A DNA stretch of 62,904 bases, filler included, from Reclinomonas americana ATCC 50394 (GCA_048213135.1; 45 parts of 45 records of this genome joined end to end with filler, not necessarily neighbours in it); one strand, 5' to 3'. Positions 1 through 12,700 are shown, counted from the first letter of the whole stretch. The notes: generated from the letters alone by a model not told the origin. Numbers and translations are program-made.

Positions 1-31
1 CGGTGTATCCGACGACGACCGAGCCGGTCAT
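1..31 (-). CDS. Start of probable universal stress protein (MTGSVVVGYT...)
   Basis: ATG overlaps the puo stop (TGATG); hydrophobic-VVGY start resembles the first USP strand; only 10 codons visible. Confidence 0.5.
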   Translation of the reverse strand, partial: MTGSVVVGYT

Positions 32-1312
32 CAGACGGCGTCCTCGGCGGAGCCGGCGTCGCGGATCGCGTCCACGATGTTCGAAGCGGCGAGCTGGCCC
101 ATGCGGATCGCTCCGTCGACGTGCTGGTATCCGGCGCCGGCCAGGTCGCTGCAGGCGAAGTGGATCGGTCCGACCGGGGTGCGCAGGTCCGCGCCATAGC
201 GGTGCAGCCCGCCCATGTCGAAGCTCGCGGCGTAGGCGCCGCGGGTCCACTCCTCGCTGCCCCAGTCGCTCTCGTAGTAGACGACCGGGTTCTTGGCCTC
301 GTCGCCGTAGTAGTGCGAGAGGGATTCGAGGATGCGCTCCTTGCGCTCCTCGGCCGAGAGCTCGAAGACGCCGTCGGCGTTCGCGTCCGAGACGAAGCCG
401 ACGAGAGTGCCGCGCTCGTCGCCGTGGTTGGTGTTGTCGTACGCCTCGTGCACGAGCTCGTAGGGGCTGAACGCGGTGGCGCTCAAGCCGTCCTTCCGCC
501 AGAACGGCGTCTCGTAGACGGCATGCACCTTGATCACGAAGCCCATCGACAGATGCTGATGCATCTGGTGCTGGCGGCGCGGGAGCGGCGGGACGAACGA
601 GATGCGGCTGTAGAGCACCGGCGCGTGGGCGAGAATCGCGTAGCGGGCGCTGACCGTGAGGTCGTCGGTCGTCGCCTTCACACCGTTCGGACCCCATTCG
701 AGGCTCCGCACGGGCTGGTTCAGCAGCACGTCGTCGCCCAGACGCTCGGCGAGACGCTGCGGCACCTGCTGCAGACCGCCGACGACGCGCTTGTCGAGGA
801 TGAAGTCCGCGTCGACGAGGTTCGAGTACGAGCCGGCGGATGCGGCCATCAGCAGCGACTGCAGCAGCGAGAACGAGTGCGTGGGCTTGGTGAGCATCGC
901 TGTGCCGGTGGCGAAGGCCAGGTTGCGCACGGCCTCGTCGTCGTCGGTCTGCGCGCGCAGCCAGGCGTCCCACGTGACGGTGTCCCACTCTTCGGCCTTG
1001 GCGTGCGCCCAGGGGCGATCCGGGTCGATCTCGGCGACCATGGCGTCGAGACGCTCGGTGATCTCGGCGATCACGGCTTCCGTCTCGGGCGCCACGGGGA
1101 ACATCTCGCCGGTGAAGCGGTGCGACTGGCCGTCGGGGCCCACGTAGACGCTGTCGCCCTCGCGATAGCGGCTGTACGTCTCGAGTCCCAGCTCCTCGAT
1201 GGCATCCTTCAGCGCGTCCTGATCCGGAGAGACCCATTGGCCGCCGATCTCGAGCATCGCGCCCTCGATCACGTCGGTCCACAGCCGCCCGCCGACGCGC
1301 TCCCGTGCTTCC
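31..1312 (-). CDS. puo: Flavin monoamine oxidase, putrescine oxidase type (5'-truncated, actinobacterial)
   Basis: Frame open to the contig edge: EARERVGGRLWTD..LEIGGQWVSPDQ, DKRVVGGLQQV, WTRGAYAASFDMGGLHRYG, GYQHVDGAIRMG; intronless, very high GC3, typical of Micrococcales PuO. Confidence 0.9.
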
Positions 1313-1412
1313 NNNNNNNNNNNNNNNNNNNNNNNNNNNNNNNNNNNNNNNNNNNNTTAATTAATTAANNNNNNNNNNNNNNNNNNNNNNNNNNNNNNNN
1401 NNNNNNNNNNNN
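1313..1412. other. Artificial scaffold spacer N44-TTAATTAATTAA-N44 (first of 44 in the window)
   Basis: Identical 100-nt spacer recurs every ~1.4 kb; TTAATTAATTAA gives stops in all six frames; intervening contig lengths fall from 1314 to ~1290 nt. Confidence 0.98.
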
Positions 1413-1591
1413 GCCCTCGTCTGCACACGACAGTGAGTGAGACACACACACGCGCAGACACACAGCAACGAAGGAAATGCGCGCGAACCGATGCGATATG
1501 CAGGCGCCTGTGGTGGCACAGAGGCCGCCGAGGTGAACAGGCGAGTAGGCGTCAATGTAGGCGCACGCCTGAGCAACTGGCGCAAGAACAT
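1413..1591 (-). CDS. 5' end of a gene with a mitochondrial-presequence-like N-terminus
   Basis: MFLRQLLRRAPTLTPTRLFTSAAS: Arg/Leu/Ser/Thr-rich, no acidic residues, R-2-like motif; divergent from Tim10. Confidence 0.5.
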
Positions 1592-1764
1592 CGCACCCAG
1601 AGAGAGGCGAAAGAACGACGACGGAGACAAACTCGCGCGGTCCTGCTCACAGCCACACTCACACTCACTCACAGCGATGTTTGCCAGTGCGTACGTTGCT
1701 CTCACGTCTTGTGCGTGTGTGTGTGTTGTGCTTATATGAACGCGCAGGTGGATCGTTGCCTCGT

Positions 1765-2282
1765 ATGACCGCGGAGGGACCGCGTGGAGTAGATGCCTCC
1801 GCGGCTATGGCCAGTGCCGCCGAGCGCGAGGCGCAAGTCGGCATGCTGCGTGCGATGATGCACGACCACGCAGACTTCATGCGACGGTGAGTGCGCGCGA
1901 GTGAGAGCACACAACGCGACACAAAAAAGAGAATGCTCACTCTCTCTGTCAAAGAATGCTGCGATCGTGCCACAACAAGTGCATTCCGAGCACGTACAAG
2001 AACGTGGAGCTGGAACTGGGCGAGTCCATCTGCACCGATCGATGCGTGTACAAGTACTCGCAAGTGAACAGCAAGGTGAAACTAATAAGAGAAAAAGGCT
2101 GATGATGTTTTAGTGTTCATTCTCACACCCTTGGCATATAGGTGCTTGGCATGTTCCAGGAGCAGTTCCAGCAAGCGCAAAAGGAGGTAATGGCGGCTAC
2201 TGGTGCCACGGGACCTGCCTCGGTGGCTGCAGCCGCGGCCGCGGTCTCGGGAGTCGGCGCAGTGCCTTCCTCGCGGACGTGA
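1765..2282 (+). CDS. TIM10: Small Tim chaperone Tim10 (complete, 3 exons)
   Basis: Introns 1887-1954 and 2076-2141 (GT-AG) give ...DFMRRMLRSCHNKCIPSTYKNVELELGESICTDRCVYKY...; twin CX3C motif. Start may be 1765 or 1807. Confidence 0.85.
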
Positions 2283-2826
2283 TGGTCCTTGTTCGTTGTT
2301 AGCTTCGTTATAGAGACATAGGCAGAGTCCAAGCGCCCAATGCACTCGTTTGGCGGTGTGTCAGTTGATGCGGTAGACTTGCTGATCGCCACCAGTGCGC
2401 TCCTGTGCGACAGTGAGACAGTGAGCAAGCCTCGCATGCCTGCTTTTTTTTTGTGTGTGTGTGTCGCAACTGCAAAGGCCTCTGGTTCAGTGACGACTGC
2501 GCGGACCACACGTGCGGCGGCATCGAGCACGCGTTGCCAGTGTGCGCCCAGTGGCTCCTCATCGACGAGTCCCCATATGACCACGCAGCGCCACAAGGCC
2601 CACTCGACCAGTGGCCGCGCGTGACCTGTGTAGTACAGTGCGCGCATGAGGAGCGCAAAGTCGACGAGACGCAGTGTGCGTCGGAGCATGCACACAAGAC
2701 AGAGCGAGCAGTTGTTCAGAAGACAGNNNNNNNNNNNNNNNNNNNNNNNNNNNNNNNNNNNNNNNNNNNNTTAATTAATTAANNNNNNNNNNNNNNNNNN
2801 NNNNNNNNNNNNNNNNNNNNNNNNNN

Positions 2827-3832
2827 ACCATCACAAGGTCGAGTGGGGTCTATGTTGGGGGGGTCGTCGTCATCGTCATCATTGCGCACCTTGCATGATG
2901 GACTGACAGGAGACACACGTGTCTTTTTGAAGCGCGAGTCGGGCGTGCTCTCGGGTACGTTGCGGTTCAAGCTGACGACTTCGTCGTACCAGCACGCGCG
3001 GCGACCGTTCGCCTTGCGGCTGGTGGTGACCCGTGCCGACGATGCGAGCCAGTCGTTGCTGGTGGCGCACTCGGCACCGTTTTGCGCCTTTGCCAAGAAG
3101 CGACATGCTGAGGCGGCCGAGTCGCGACGCACTCAGGCTTCGCTGCCGCAGGTGAGAACGTGGCAGATGTCGTCGTCATCGTTGTCGCAGCAGCAGCAGC
3201 AGCAATTGGCCGAGGCGGTGACTATGCAGTTCAAGCCTGCCAAGCGCCGCGCCAGCGCCTTTGTGTCTGAGATCCCGCTCTCACTCCTCTCCGCACCCTA
3301 CTGCTACGATGTTCGCATTGCGATCGCAGGGTCGTCTGCTGCAGCACTGGGAGATGCGTCGTCACTTCTTGCGGCCACGATTGCTCTGTGCGTCTGTGAT
3401 GGCGACGAGGGGGAGATGGACGTGATGGAGTGTGGTGAGGCGGAGGAGATGGTTGTGGTGCGTGCCGAGGCCTCGTCGTCGTCGTCATCGTCGTCGTCAG
3501 TGTCTACGCGACCTCGTCGCAGTGCTGCCGCCAAGAGGCGTTACACACAGCGGGAGGAGGAGGTGGTGGATGATGATGGTGATGATGATGATGACGACGG
3601 TGATTTCATCGTCGACTCTGCTGCTCCTCACGGTGAGGACCAAGAGGATGCGGAGGCCGACGACGATGTGGAGATGGACGACGACGATGACGCGCCGCCG
3701 TCCCACCGCATGCTCAAGCGGTCACGGCCGACTCCCGGCGTTGCTCGTCGGTCGGAGTTGGCCAGCCTGGTGGCCTCGCTGAGCGCAGCCGATCGCGGCC
3801 TGCTGCGCCAGCTGCTGGCCGACGCTCGGTGA
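2827..3832 (+). CDS. 3' part of a protein with a putative Ig-fold DNA-binding domain and acidic tail
   Basis: LRFKLTTSSYQHARRPFALRLVV...SAPFCAFAKK resembles beta-sandwich (CudA/STAT-like) DNA-binding segments; basic NLS-like patches (PAKRR, AKRR, LKRSR) and a D/E-rich tail. Confidence 0.4.
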
Positions 3833-4295
3833 TGTGGAACAAACGAGGTGGCGTGGGTGGCACGGGGAGGGTTGATTAGATGGGAGGGGAGGGCAGGGGG
3901 TGGGCGGTGGTAGTTGTTGTTGGAGTAGGCGGTGGTGGTGGTGGAGGTGTGGTAGAGCGCTGGGTTTCCAACGGTCGCCGTGTGCAGCTTGTGTTTGCAG
4001 AATGCTTGCCCGCCCACTCGATGCTGTTGCTGTCGCTTGCCTCCTCGAACCCCTGCATGACGTCAAGGTGCGGTTATTGGTTTGCTTACTTGGCTTGACC
4101 TCGCCCATCTTTGCACGCGTCACCCCATCACCGCCGATNNNNNNNNNNNNNNNNNNNNNNNNNNNNNNNNNNNNNNNNNNNNTTAATTAATTAANNNNNN
4201 NNNNNNNNNNNNNNNNNNNNNNNNNNNNNNNNNNNNNNTTGCGACGGGTGATGAGAAAAAAGGGCAGTCTCGCGCACTCTCGCATGCACACGCAC

Positions 4296-5392
4296 CATGC
4301 CCAAAATGCGAGCCGTTTCCTGACCAATGAGCAAGTGATCACCAGTGACCATCTTCACGTCGACGCCCATGGCGAGCGCATCCTCAATGGTCTGCTTGGT
4401 GTCGTCGCGAGGCGGATCGAACAGCGAAATCAGGCCCAGGTACTCCCATGGCTTGCCTTCGTCGCGGCGAGCCACACCTACGCAGCGGGGAGAGAGAATG
4501 TGAGATGTCGAGAAAAGGAAAGGATAAGGTAGGGGATAGGACGCAACCGAGAGGACGGAGACCGCGGGCGGCGAGCGCCACGACCCAATCCTCAATCTGC
4601 TGCACAATGGCAGCCGGCTGCTGGCAGTCGTCGAGGTTGTAGAGCACCTGCGGGGCGCCCTTGGACACCTGGAACGAGCGGCCCGACGCAATGTGGGTGA
4701 CGCGCGCCTCGGTACGCTTGGTGATCGGACCGAACGGAATGAACTTGTCGGTGCGGAACTCGCCAAACACCGACTTGTCGGCGATAATGTTGGTGACGGC
4801 GGTATCAATGGCGTCGGCAGCCTCGCGCTTGGAGCACAGGGCGGCGGCCAGGTACAGCTCGTTGGCATCGTAGCCGGGGAGGACGTAGGGTTCCTTGACC
4901 GTCAGGACGTTCTATGGAAGGGGAAGGTGAGTGGCAAGAGATGCGAGGGGAAGAGAGTGGAAAGACGCACCTTGGTCAGCGTGCCAGTCTTGTCGGAGCA
5001 GAGAATCTCCATGGCAGCCATTTCCTCAATGGCGGGCAGGCGGGACACAATGGCATTGGCCTGAGCCAGACGACGAGCGCCCACAGCCATGGTGCTGTTG
5101 GCGACGACGGGCAAGGCGATCGGAATCGAGGCTGCGCACAGGGGGAAATCAGTGAGTGTCAAGAGAAGCAATGGCCAGCTTGCGCGGAATACTCACCGAC
5201 AATGACAATGACGCAGAGCTGGAGAATGTCGGCGAACGGGAAGCCGCGGGTCAGCTGGACAATGAGGATGATAATCACCAGCACCAAGGCGAGCATGAGC
5301 AGCGTCATGGAGATCCAGAAGAGCACTTTTTGGAAGTGGCCAATCGTGTCGACAGAGGCCACCAGAGCGGCGGACTTGCCCAGGAAGGAGTT
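4296..5392 (-). CDS. Plasma-membrane P3A H+-ATPase, internal exons
   Basis: [57 protein letters not shown] across spliced exons. Confidence 0.93.
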
Positions 5393-6291
5393 CTGTGGGA
5401 AGGGGAGGGGGGAAGAGAGAAGGGGGAAGGGGAAGAGAAGGGGAAGGTGAGCGGATGGGGGAGAGGAGGAAAGCGGAGAAGAAGAAGGCGCAGAGCAAGG
5501 CGGAGAGCAAGGCGCAGAGGAAAGCGCGGGAGCAAGGCGCAGAGCAGNNNNNNNNNNNNNNNNNNNNNNNNNNNNNNNNNNNNNNNNNNNNTTAATTAAT
5601 TAANNNNNNNNNNNNNNNNNNNNNNNNNNNNNNNNNNNNNNNNNNNNAGAGGGGAAGCGGGGAGAGGGGGGAAGGGGGAGGGGAAGATGAAGGTCTCCAT
5701 GCGCAAGTGTGCTCAGCAGTTTGTGAGTGGCTGTGAAGAAGACTGTGGTCAGTGCGTTGTGATTTCGATGTGCAGCTGAAGTGAGCGAGATTGGAGGGAG
5801 AGAGAGAGAGAGAGAGAGTCTAAGAGACTGTGAGAGCAGGAGAGACTGCGCGAGACACAGTGAGAAAGACTGAAAGAGAATGAAAGAGATGTCATCGTGC
5901 ATGAAGAGCACTGAGGTATTGACGATCTTGCTCTTGTCGTAGCACACTGTCGATCACATTGTTGCATTCTTCGGAGACAGTGTGAGAATAAGATAGCTGT
6001 ACGTGCTTGCTTGTGTTTTGTAGCACATTGTCGTGCGTCTGGTCAGCATGACGTGTTCTTGGCGCAACAGCGTCGCCAGAGCTGGCGAAGTGATGTGTGG
6101 GCGCATGCTTTCTCGTGTGTATTTTGTCTCACGTCAGAGTCTGCGATGTCTGGCATCAATCTTCTTGCTCTTGTCGCACATGTGCGGTGCTATTCATCTC
6201 TCCTTTGTGCTCGTTGAATGGAGAGTGGCTTGAGAGAATTGAGTTGACCATTGACCATTCGGAGTCCCACTCACTGTGCTTCCTGTGACAG

Positions 6292-6438
6292 GTCACACTG
6301 GTTCTGGTCGGCGCACACGCCATGTTGTCCAACGGCAACCTGATGGCACGTGCAGGCACAGCGTTGGTGGCACTCACCGCCAAGCAGAGCCGACTGAGTG
6401 TGTTGTGCGTGTGTGAGACGTACAAGTTTTGCGAAAAG
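6292..6438 (+). CDS. EIF2B4: eIF2B delta subunit, single internal exon (not in ORF track)
   Basis: AG|VTLVLVGAHAMLSNGNLMARAGTALVALTAKQSRLSVLCVCETYKFCEK|GTGAG matches the eIF2B-delta GAHA..NG..R.GT..CETYKF pattern. Confidence 0.85.
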
Positions 6439-6912
6439 GTGAGTGCATGATACTCAGGGATTGTCATTGTGGCGTCCTGGATCTTTCTCCTCTGTTCCCA
6501 TGGTCGCCATCTTGGGTTCCTCGGCGACAGTCGTCTCCGAGACATTGGAACCCTGATCTACCTCCATCTCCATCTCTGTGTGCTTGTCTCGCCCTTCTTT
6601 GCACGGCATCGGGCTGATTATATCCTGAATTCTCGTGTCCTTGCTATCCCTCTCTCTCTCTCTTTCTGCGCGCTCTCATTGTCGATCACGTTGCACGTAC
6701 GTGCTTTGTCGCTTCCACCCTTCCCTCTGCCCCCTTCCGTTGCTCTTCCTTGTCACTCGCTCGCACTCCTGTTGCATGCGTGTGCATTATCGTGCCCACC
6801 CTTCCATCTCTCTCTCTCCCGTTTCAGTCTCCTACTCTTTTCTTCCTTCTCTGTGACTCGCTCGCTCTCCACCCACACATGTTTGCAGCGTGTGCTCTGT
6901 CGTCTCAACCCT

Positions 6913-6948
<36 letters not shown>

Positions 6949-7116
6949 CTCCTTCNNNNNNNNNNNNNNNNNNNNNNNNNNNNNNNNNNNNNNNNNNNNT
7001 TAATTAATTAANNNNNNNNNNNNNNNNNNNNNNNNNNNNNNNNNNNNNNNNNNNNAAGCGCACACTGAGCACCACCGCCCAGAGGAGACTCACAGAGAGA
7101 CATCGGTGCGACTTAC

Positions 7117-8309
7117 CAATGACAATGACAATCACAATGTCGAACCAGATGCGCGCACCGGCGTAGCCAAAGAAGGCCACCACGGCATTGCCGTCGGGAT
7201 ACAGTGTCGGTTGCTTCGTGTTCAACGACAAGTCCCTGAATTCGTTGACAATGATGGCCCGCAATCCGTACGCCACAAAATTGATCTGCAAATCGGCACA
7301 CAACGAGTAAGCCACTGCGCGAGAAGGTGGATGGTTGGTAAGTGATCTCGAGAGACCTTTGGAATCCAACCTGTGAGCACGCGGAGGTGAGCATGCACTG
7401 GGTGGTGAATGAGAGCACACACACAAGTATATGAGCACGCAACTCAAGAACACCGGGACAGAGTCACCGCCGACGTAGAATCCTGCACAAGCATGCGGGA
7501 GTGAGAGCGAGGCACACGAAGGAGAATGTGAAGCACAGCAGCCTCGCACCTGCAAAGAGCATGTGGAAAATCTACACTCGATCAAGATAGCACAAGGATG
7601 AGTGAATGAGGAGACGACACATGATCGAGAAATGCCAACATACCCAGAACAGCGGACTGTGGCACACCAACCAGTCGTCAGCATCCACCCATCGCCAACA
7701 GCAAGAGAAAAATTGCGACAAACAACACACCTCATGGCCAGCAGAGTTGCAGGATTGGGGAAGATGCCGACCTGCAAAGCAGCGTGAGTCGCCACACAGA
7801 CGTATGACAGTGCACATGAATAGCTCACCATAAGCACACCAAGCGCGTACGACACCACGTAGAGAAGCAGGCAGATGCCGATCTGCAGCCACACGGGGTG
7901 AGGCGAGTACAGCACGGCACGAGGAGCACTTTGACGGTCACGCAACAAAAATAAAGTAGCGACTGACTGGTTCGATGGTGTAGTTGACCATAAAGTACAC
8001 AATGGTCCCGCTGCGCAACAGCGAGTGAGTGACACGACGCCTAAAAAACAAGCCTGGCGTACTGCACGAGCGACTCACCCCACAATCGGATTCCATACAA
8101 TGAGCGGCAATTCAACAGTCATCTTGGCGAGAATGTAGGGCACTGCAGCGCGTGGGGTTGAGACAAGACGCACATACCCACACATCTCTGTGGTCAGCAA
8201 AAACACTACGTACTTGATCCGTACAGCGCGCGTCCTCGATCGCGCAAGAAAATGTTGCGATCGGCGGGGAAGATGAACATGACACTGACACTGCCAAAGA
8301 TGGCGTAAC
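7117..8309 (-). CDS. ABCG transporter, ABC-2 transmembrane domain exons
   Basis: DRNIFLRDRGRALY, YILAKMTVELP, GFYVGGDSVPVFLSWI, INFVAYGLRAIIVNEF over several short exons. Confidence 0.8.
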
Positions 8310-8315
8310 CTGGGT

Positions 8316-8351
<36 letters not shown>

Positions 8352-8463
8352 CGTACGAGAGGANNNNNNNNNNNNNNNNNNNNNNNNNNNNNNNNNNNNN
8401 NNNNNNNTTAATTAATTAANNNNNNNNNNNNNNNNNNNNNNNNNNNNNNNNNNNNNNNNNNNN

Positions 8464-9759
8464 ACGTACACACCGCCGACGAGCATGGTCAACACGGTGA
8501 TTGGCACACTGAGCTCGACGGACGCCAACACGGGCGAGACGTTTGTGTACTCGGTGGTCGGCGGTGCTGCGCAGGCGCTGTTCAATGTGAGCGGGACACA
8601 GTTACGCTTGAGTGCGAATGGACAGACGGGAACTGGCCTTGTGGTGGTTATTCGCACGACGGACAGCGGTGGTGCGACGTTTGACAAGTCGTTCACTGTG
8701 AATGATGGTGAGTTGTGGGTGTCTGCATGTGTGTGTGCGTGCCGCCAGTAGTTGCTCAACAGTTAATGGCGGTTGCGCAGTTCCTGTGGCACCGACCAAC
8801 ATTGCACTGTCGTCGACGGTGTACACGCCGCCGACGACGAGCACAAACAGCGTTGTGGGTGCGATGACGACTACGGATGCGAATGTGACAGACACGTTCA
8901 CGTACAGCATTGTGGGTGGAACGGATGCCGGGTCGTTCGACATTGTGGGCAGCAATCTGGTGATACGGTCGAATGGATTCGGTGGAACCGGATTGCAGGT
9001 GCAAGTGAGGACGACGGACTCGGGTGGACTGACATTCAACAAGACGTTTACGATCAACGAGGGTGAGTGTAGTGGTGTCTGTTATGTGTGCATATGAGAA
9101 GTTGGGTGTGCTGAACGGGTGCGTGCAGCAAACGTGGCGCCGTCGCACATCAATATCAGCAGCACGACGTACGTGCCGCCGACTGCAACGACGAATGTTG
9201 TTGTTGGAGTGCTGAGCACCGTGGATGCGAACTGCTGTCAGACGTTCACGTACAGCATCACTGGTGGCAGCAATCAGGCGCTGTTCAACATCAGTGGGTC
9301 GAACCTGCGACTTAGTGCGGCGGGCCAGACGGGGAACAACCTGGAGGTGGAAGTGGAGACGAACGATGGCAACGGTGGAACGTATCGGCAGACGTTCCTG
9401 GTGTCGGAGTGTGAGTGGTCGAATACGTCTATACTTGAGTGCTGTCTGGTGAACTCACCCCTCGCTGCCGTCTACAGCCAATGTGATCCCGACTGATATT
9501 CTGCTGTCTGGGACGCGGTACACACCGCCGACGGCGACGACGAATGTTGTCATTGGCGGCATGACGTCGATGGATGCCAACACGAACCAGATTCACGTGT
9601 ACACGATTGTCGGCGGCAGCGACAGTGCGCTGTTCGACATTGCGGGAACGAATCTCGTGCTTCGGGCGGCGGGCCAGAGCGGAACCGGACTGCAGGTGAC
9701 AGTGCGTACGGACGATCAGGCAGGCGGCACATTTGACAAGACGTTTACGATCTCTGAGA
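8464..9759 (+). CDS. Cadherin-like repeat surface protein, 4 domains in 4 exons
   Basis: Repeats APTxIxLS...VIGxLxxxDAN...FTYSIVGG...FxIxGxxL...VRTTDxGGxTFxKxFTI; phase-1 introns 8708-8780, 9063-9128, 9411-9477 and a donor at 9760. Confidence 0.82.
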
Positions 9760-12700
9760 GTTGCGTGATGCNNNNNNNNNNNNNNNNNNNNNNNNNNNNN
9801 NNNNNNNNNNNNNNNTTAATTAATTAANNNNNNNNNNNNNNNNNNNNNNNNNNNNNNNNNNNNNNNNNNNNATTCCGTCGCGCAAAAGGGGTCCATAGAA
9901 GACATGAGACACTTCCCTACAAAACGACTCGCAGTTTGGTGCCAACGGAGCACGTGACGACTAGTTATGAAGAGTGGACCCCTCGCCGAGTTTGTGCGAA
10001 ATCGTAAGAGTTTTATGCGGTGCGACCAAAAAAGGGGTCCATCGATGTTTCCCGCTCTGATCGCCAGCCGATTTCATTCTTTTTGCGGTAGAGGTGTAGC
10101 CCAATCGTTTGCGAGCAAGTAGCATCTCGCCGCCAAGTTGGTGCTTGCGCCGTTGGCGAGAACTGCGTCGACTGTTTTGACCATCAGCTTGACCGATTTC
10201 TGATCAGTCAACCCAGAAAATTCCGCTCCGCTTTTGCAGCAGCTCTCTCACATTTCCACGCAACTTTCGCCTGCTCTGCTCACAAGTACCTACTTGCGCT
10301 GCCAGTGCGCTGCTTTGCTCCACGTTTATTCGTTGCTCGAGGCCCCACTGACTGCCTCCGAGCGGCTGGCCTCACTGAGTTCCAGGCAGTCGCGCGGGGG
10401 CGCACTGCGATGCCATGTGACTAGCGATGTCGACTGCCGTGTTACAAGCACTCGGGAGCACTGTGCGTCTCTCCGTTGAGTCCCTGGCGTCACGCACCCG
10501 GAAACGGTGAAAACGGCACGTGTGTGTGCCTCATTTTTTGCGTGTCACACAAATTTCCGTGTGCATTGAGACACGTCACCTTGCGCGCCATGGACTGGCG
10601 AGCAAGATGGCGCCTGCCAGATGCTGCCACAGTCGGTCGCCGATGAGGGAGATTTATTTTGGTGAAAAGTAACGGCCTTGTTGACTCCGTTTGGTGTTGC
10701 TGATTCGGTCGCAGAGGTCGACTCACGAACCCCCTTTGCGTGAAACTTGCACACCAGGGGCATTGGCACCCCTGCAAAAGGCTGTCGAAGACGCGCGGTC
10801 GTAGGGTGAACCGACGATGAAGTGGAGCCATTCTGCGGAAACGTGTCTAAAAGTCCAAGGGGGCCATTTGAATCCACCATTGCTGCGGAACCTTATTCCT
10901 CTTGTAATCCTGCGAGTAAATTCTGTTCTGTTCTGTTCATCATGCAGTTGTGTTGCTGTTTGGTTTAATATAGTTTTTTGTTGTTGTTGATGTCGTTCAC
11001 CAGCCAGCAGGCAACAGCACTCACATCAGAAACATCAATACCAACACCAATACCAGCAGCAGCACGTTTCGACGTGAACGATCAGGGTCTCAACAGGGAA
11101 GTGAAGACTTCGATCGTATTTCACTTGCGAGACCGTGATATTCCAACAGTGATGGAAATCCGGATTTCCTCTGTATGTNNNNNNNNNNNNNNNNNNNNNN
11201 NNNNNNNNNNNNNNNNNNNNNNTTAATTAATTAANNNNNNNNNNNNNNNNNNNNNNNNNNNNNNNNNNNNNNNNNNNNACGGGGTTGGGTGGTAATTGCT
11301 CACCGTCCGCCAGAAGAAAGAATTTTGCAAGAACAAAATCCGACGTCCCCCACTGCAGCACAAACACGCCAAATTCGACTACTCGCGCGCATGCACACTG
11401 GCCGCAACTGCAACAAACTCCCCGCAACTCGAAGAGCAGCAACACACGACTGCAATACGCGAACACGACCAGTCAATACATGCACCGCGAGTACACGTTC
11501 ACAAGTGGTGATCGTTCAGTTGGTCACCATTATTGGCGTAAAGTTCGCTGCCGTATGCACTGGTTGCATCCTTGCGGGATCTCTCACCCTCACGTGGTAC
11601 GGAGGCTGAACCAGTGCGAGACAGAAGGGATTTCAGAACCCGGCAACACGGCAGCACAGACGACATAAGAAATTCTCTGTCTCGGACAACCCGGCACAAA
11701 AAGGAGATGCTACGCTTGCCAACAACGTTGGCCCCAGCACCAGCACTGTCTCCGCGACGCTGCCGACATCAACATCAATCCATGTCCATGGCATTGAAAC
11801 GAGGGAGCACAGTAGCATCTCAACTGCCGAGAGGAACACAAGCAGCTGATGCTTCCACAGACTACTCTCCGTTCACAGCGCTGGCCAGCATGCCTGCAAG
11901 ATAGTACAGAGGCCAGCAACCAGTAATGCAACCGGCATCAGGTTCGCTGAGCGGAGACAACCCAGACGTCCAGACGCACGTGACAATGATTGTGAGGCGT
12001 GCGCCCACTGACAGTCTCCACAGCAGCAACGGGCATCGCCGAATGGCAGCAGGGTCACATCCATCACAGACTCTCTCGAACACCGGCCCAGTGGTGACCA
12101 CAGAGACTGGTCCACAACAGGTTCTGCATGCTGAGTCAGGTGCCACAGCAAGCTAATGCTCCACCTCCACCTTGTACATGCAAGAGAGCAACACAGTGAC
12201 GGGTACGTGGTGCAGTGCGCCGTCTGCGGGGGGGCCACCACAGATCCACGATGCGCAAAACGCAGCATGTTGCATTGTGTGATGATCCGAATCATGACTC
12301 GATGTAAGGCTCAGCACCTTGTGTGCTGATGGCGGTCGCTCACCAATGGACTCGCTCGAGTGCGAGGCTGCAGAGAGACAGCCTTGTGTGCGCGTGCGCG
12401 CATCACAAGTTGACATCGGAACAACACAAACACGCACTCTCTCTCACTTCATCATGCACGCATACACACTCTCTCACTTCATCATGCACCAAGCATACAC
12501 ACACGCACGCACGCACGCACGCACACGAAGTTGAGATCGACGATGATCCGTCCGATGAATCTGTTTACCTCTTCTCTTTTTATTTNNNNNNNNNNNNNNN
12601 NNNNNNNNNNNNNNNNNNNNNNNNNNNNNTTAATTAATTAANNNNNNNNNNNNNNNNNNNNNNNNNNNNNNNNNNNNNNNNNNNNGGTAGAGAAGGGGCC

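Noticed and set aside
121..1368. 415-aa plus-strand ORF
   Set aside because: Antisense shadow of the high-GC puo gene.
1313..1412. Regularly spaced TTAATTAATTAA palindrome as a biological repeat or CRISPR-like array
   Set aside because: Always embedded in fixed N runs; it is an artificial concatenation linker.
11279..12585. Several 60-140 aa ORFs
   Set aside because: No recognisable motif or consistent splice model; left unannotated.
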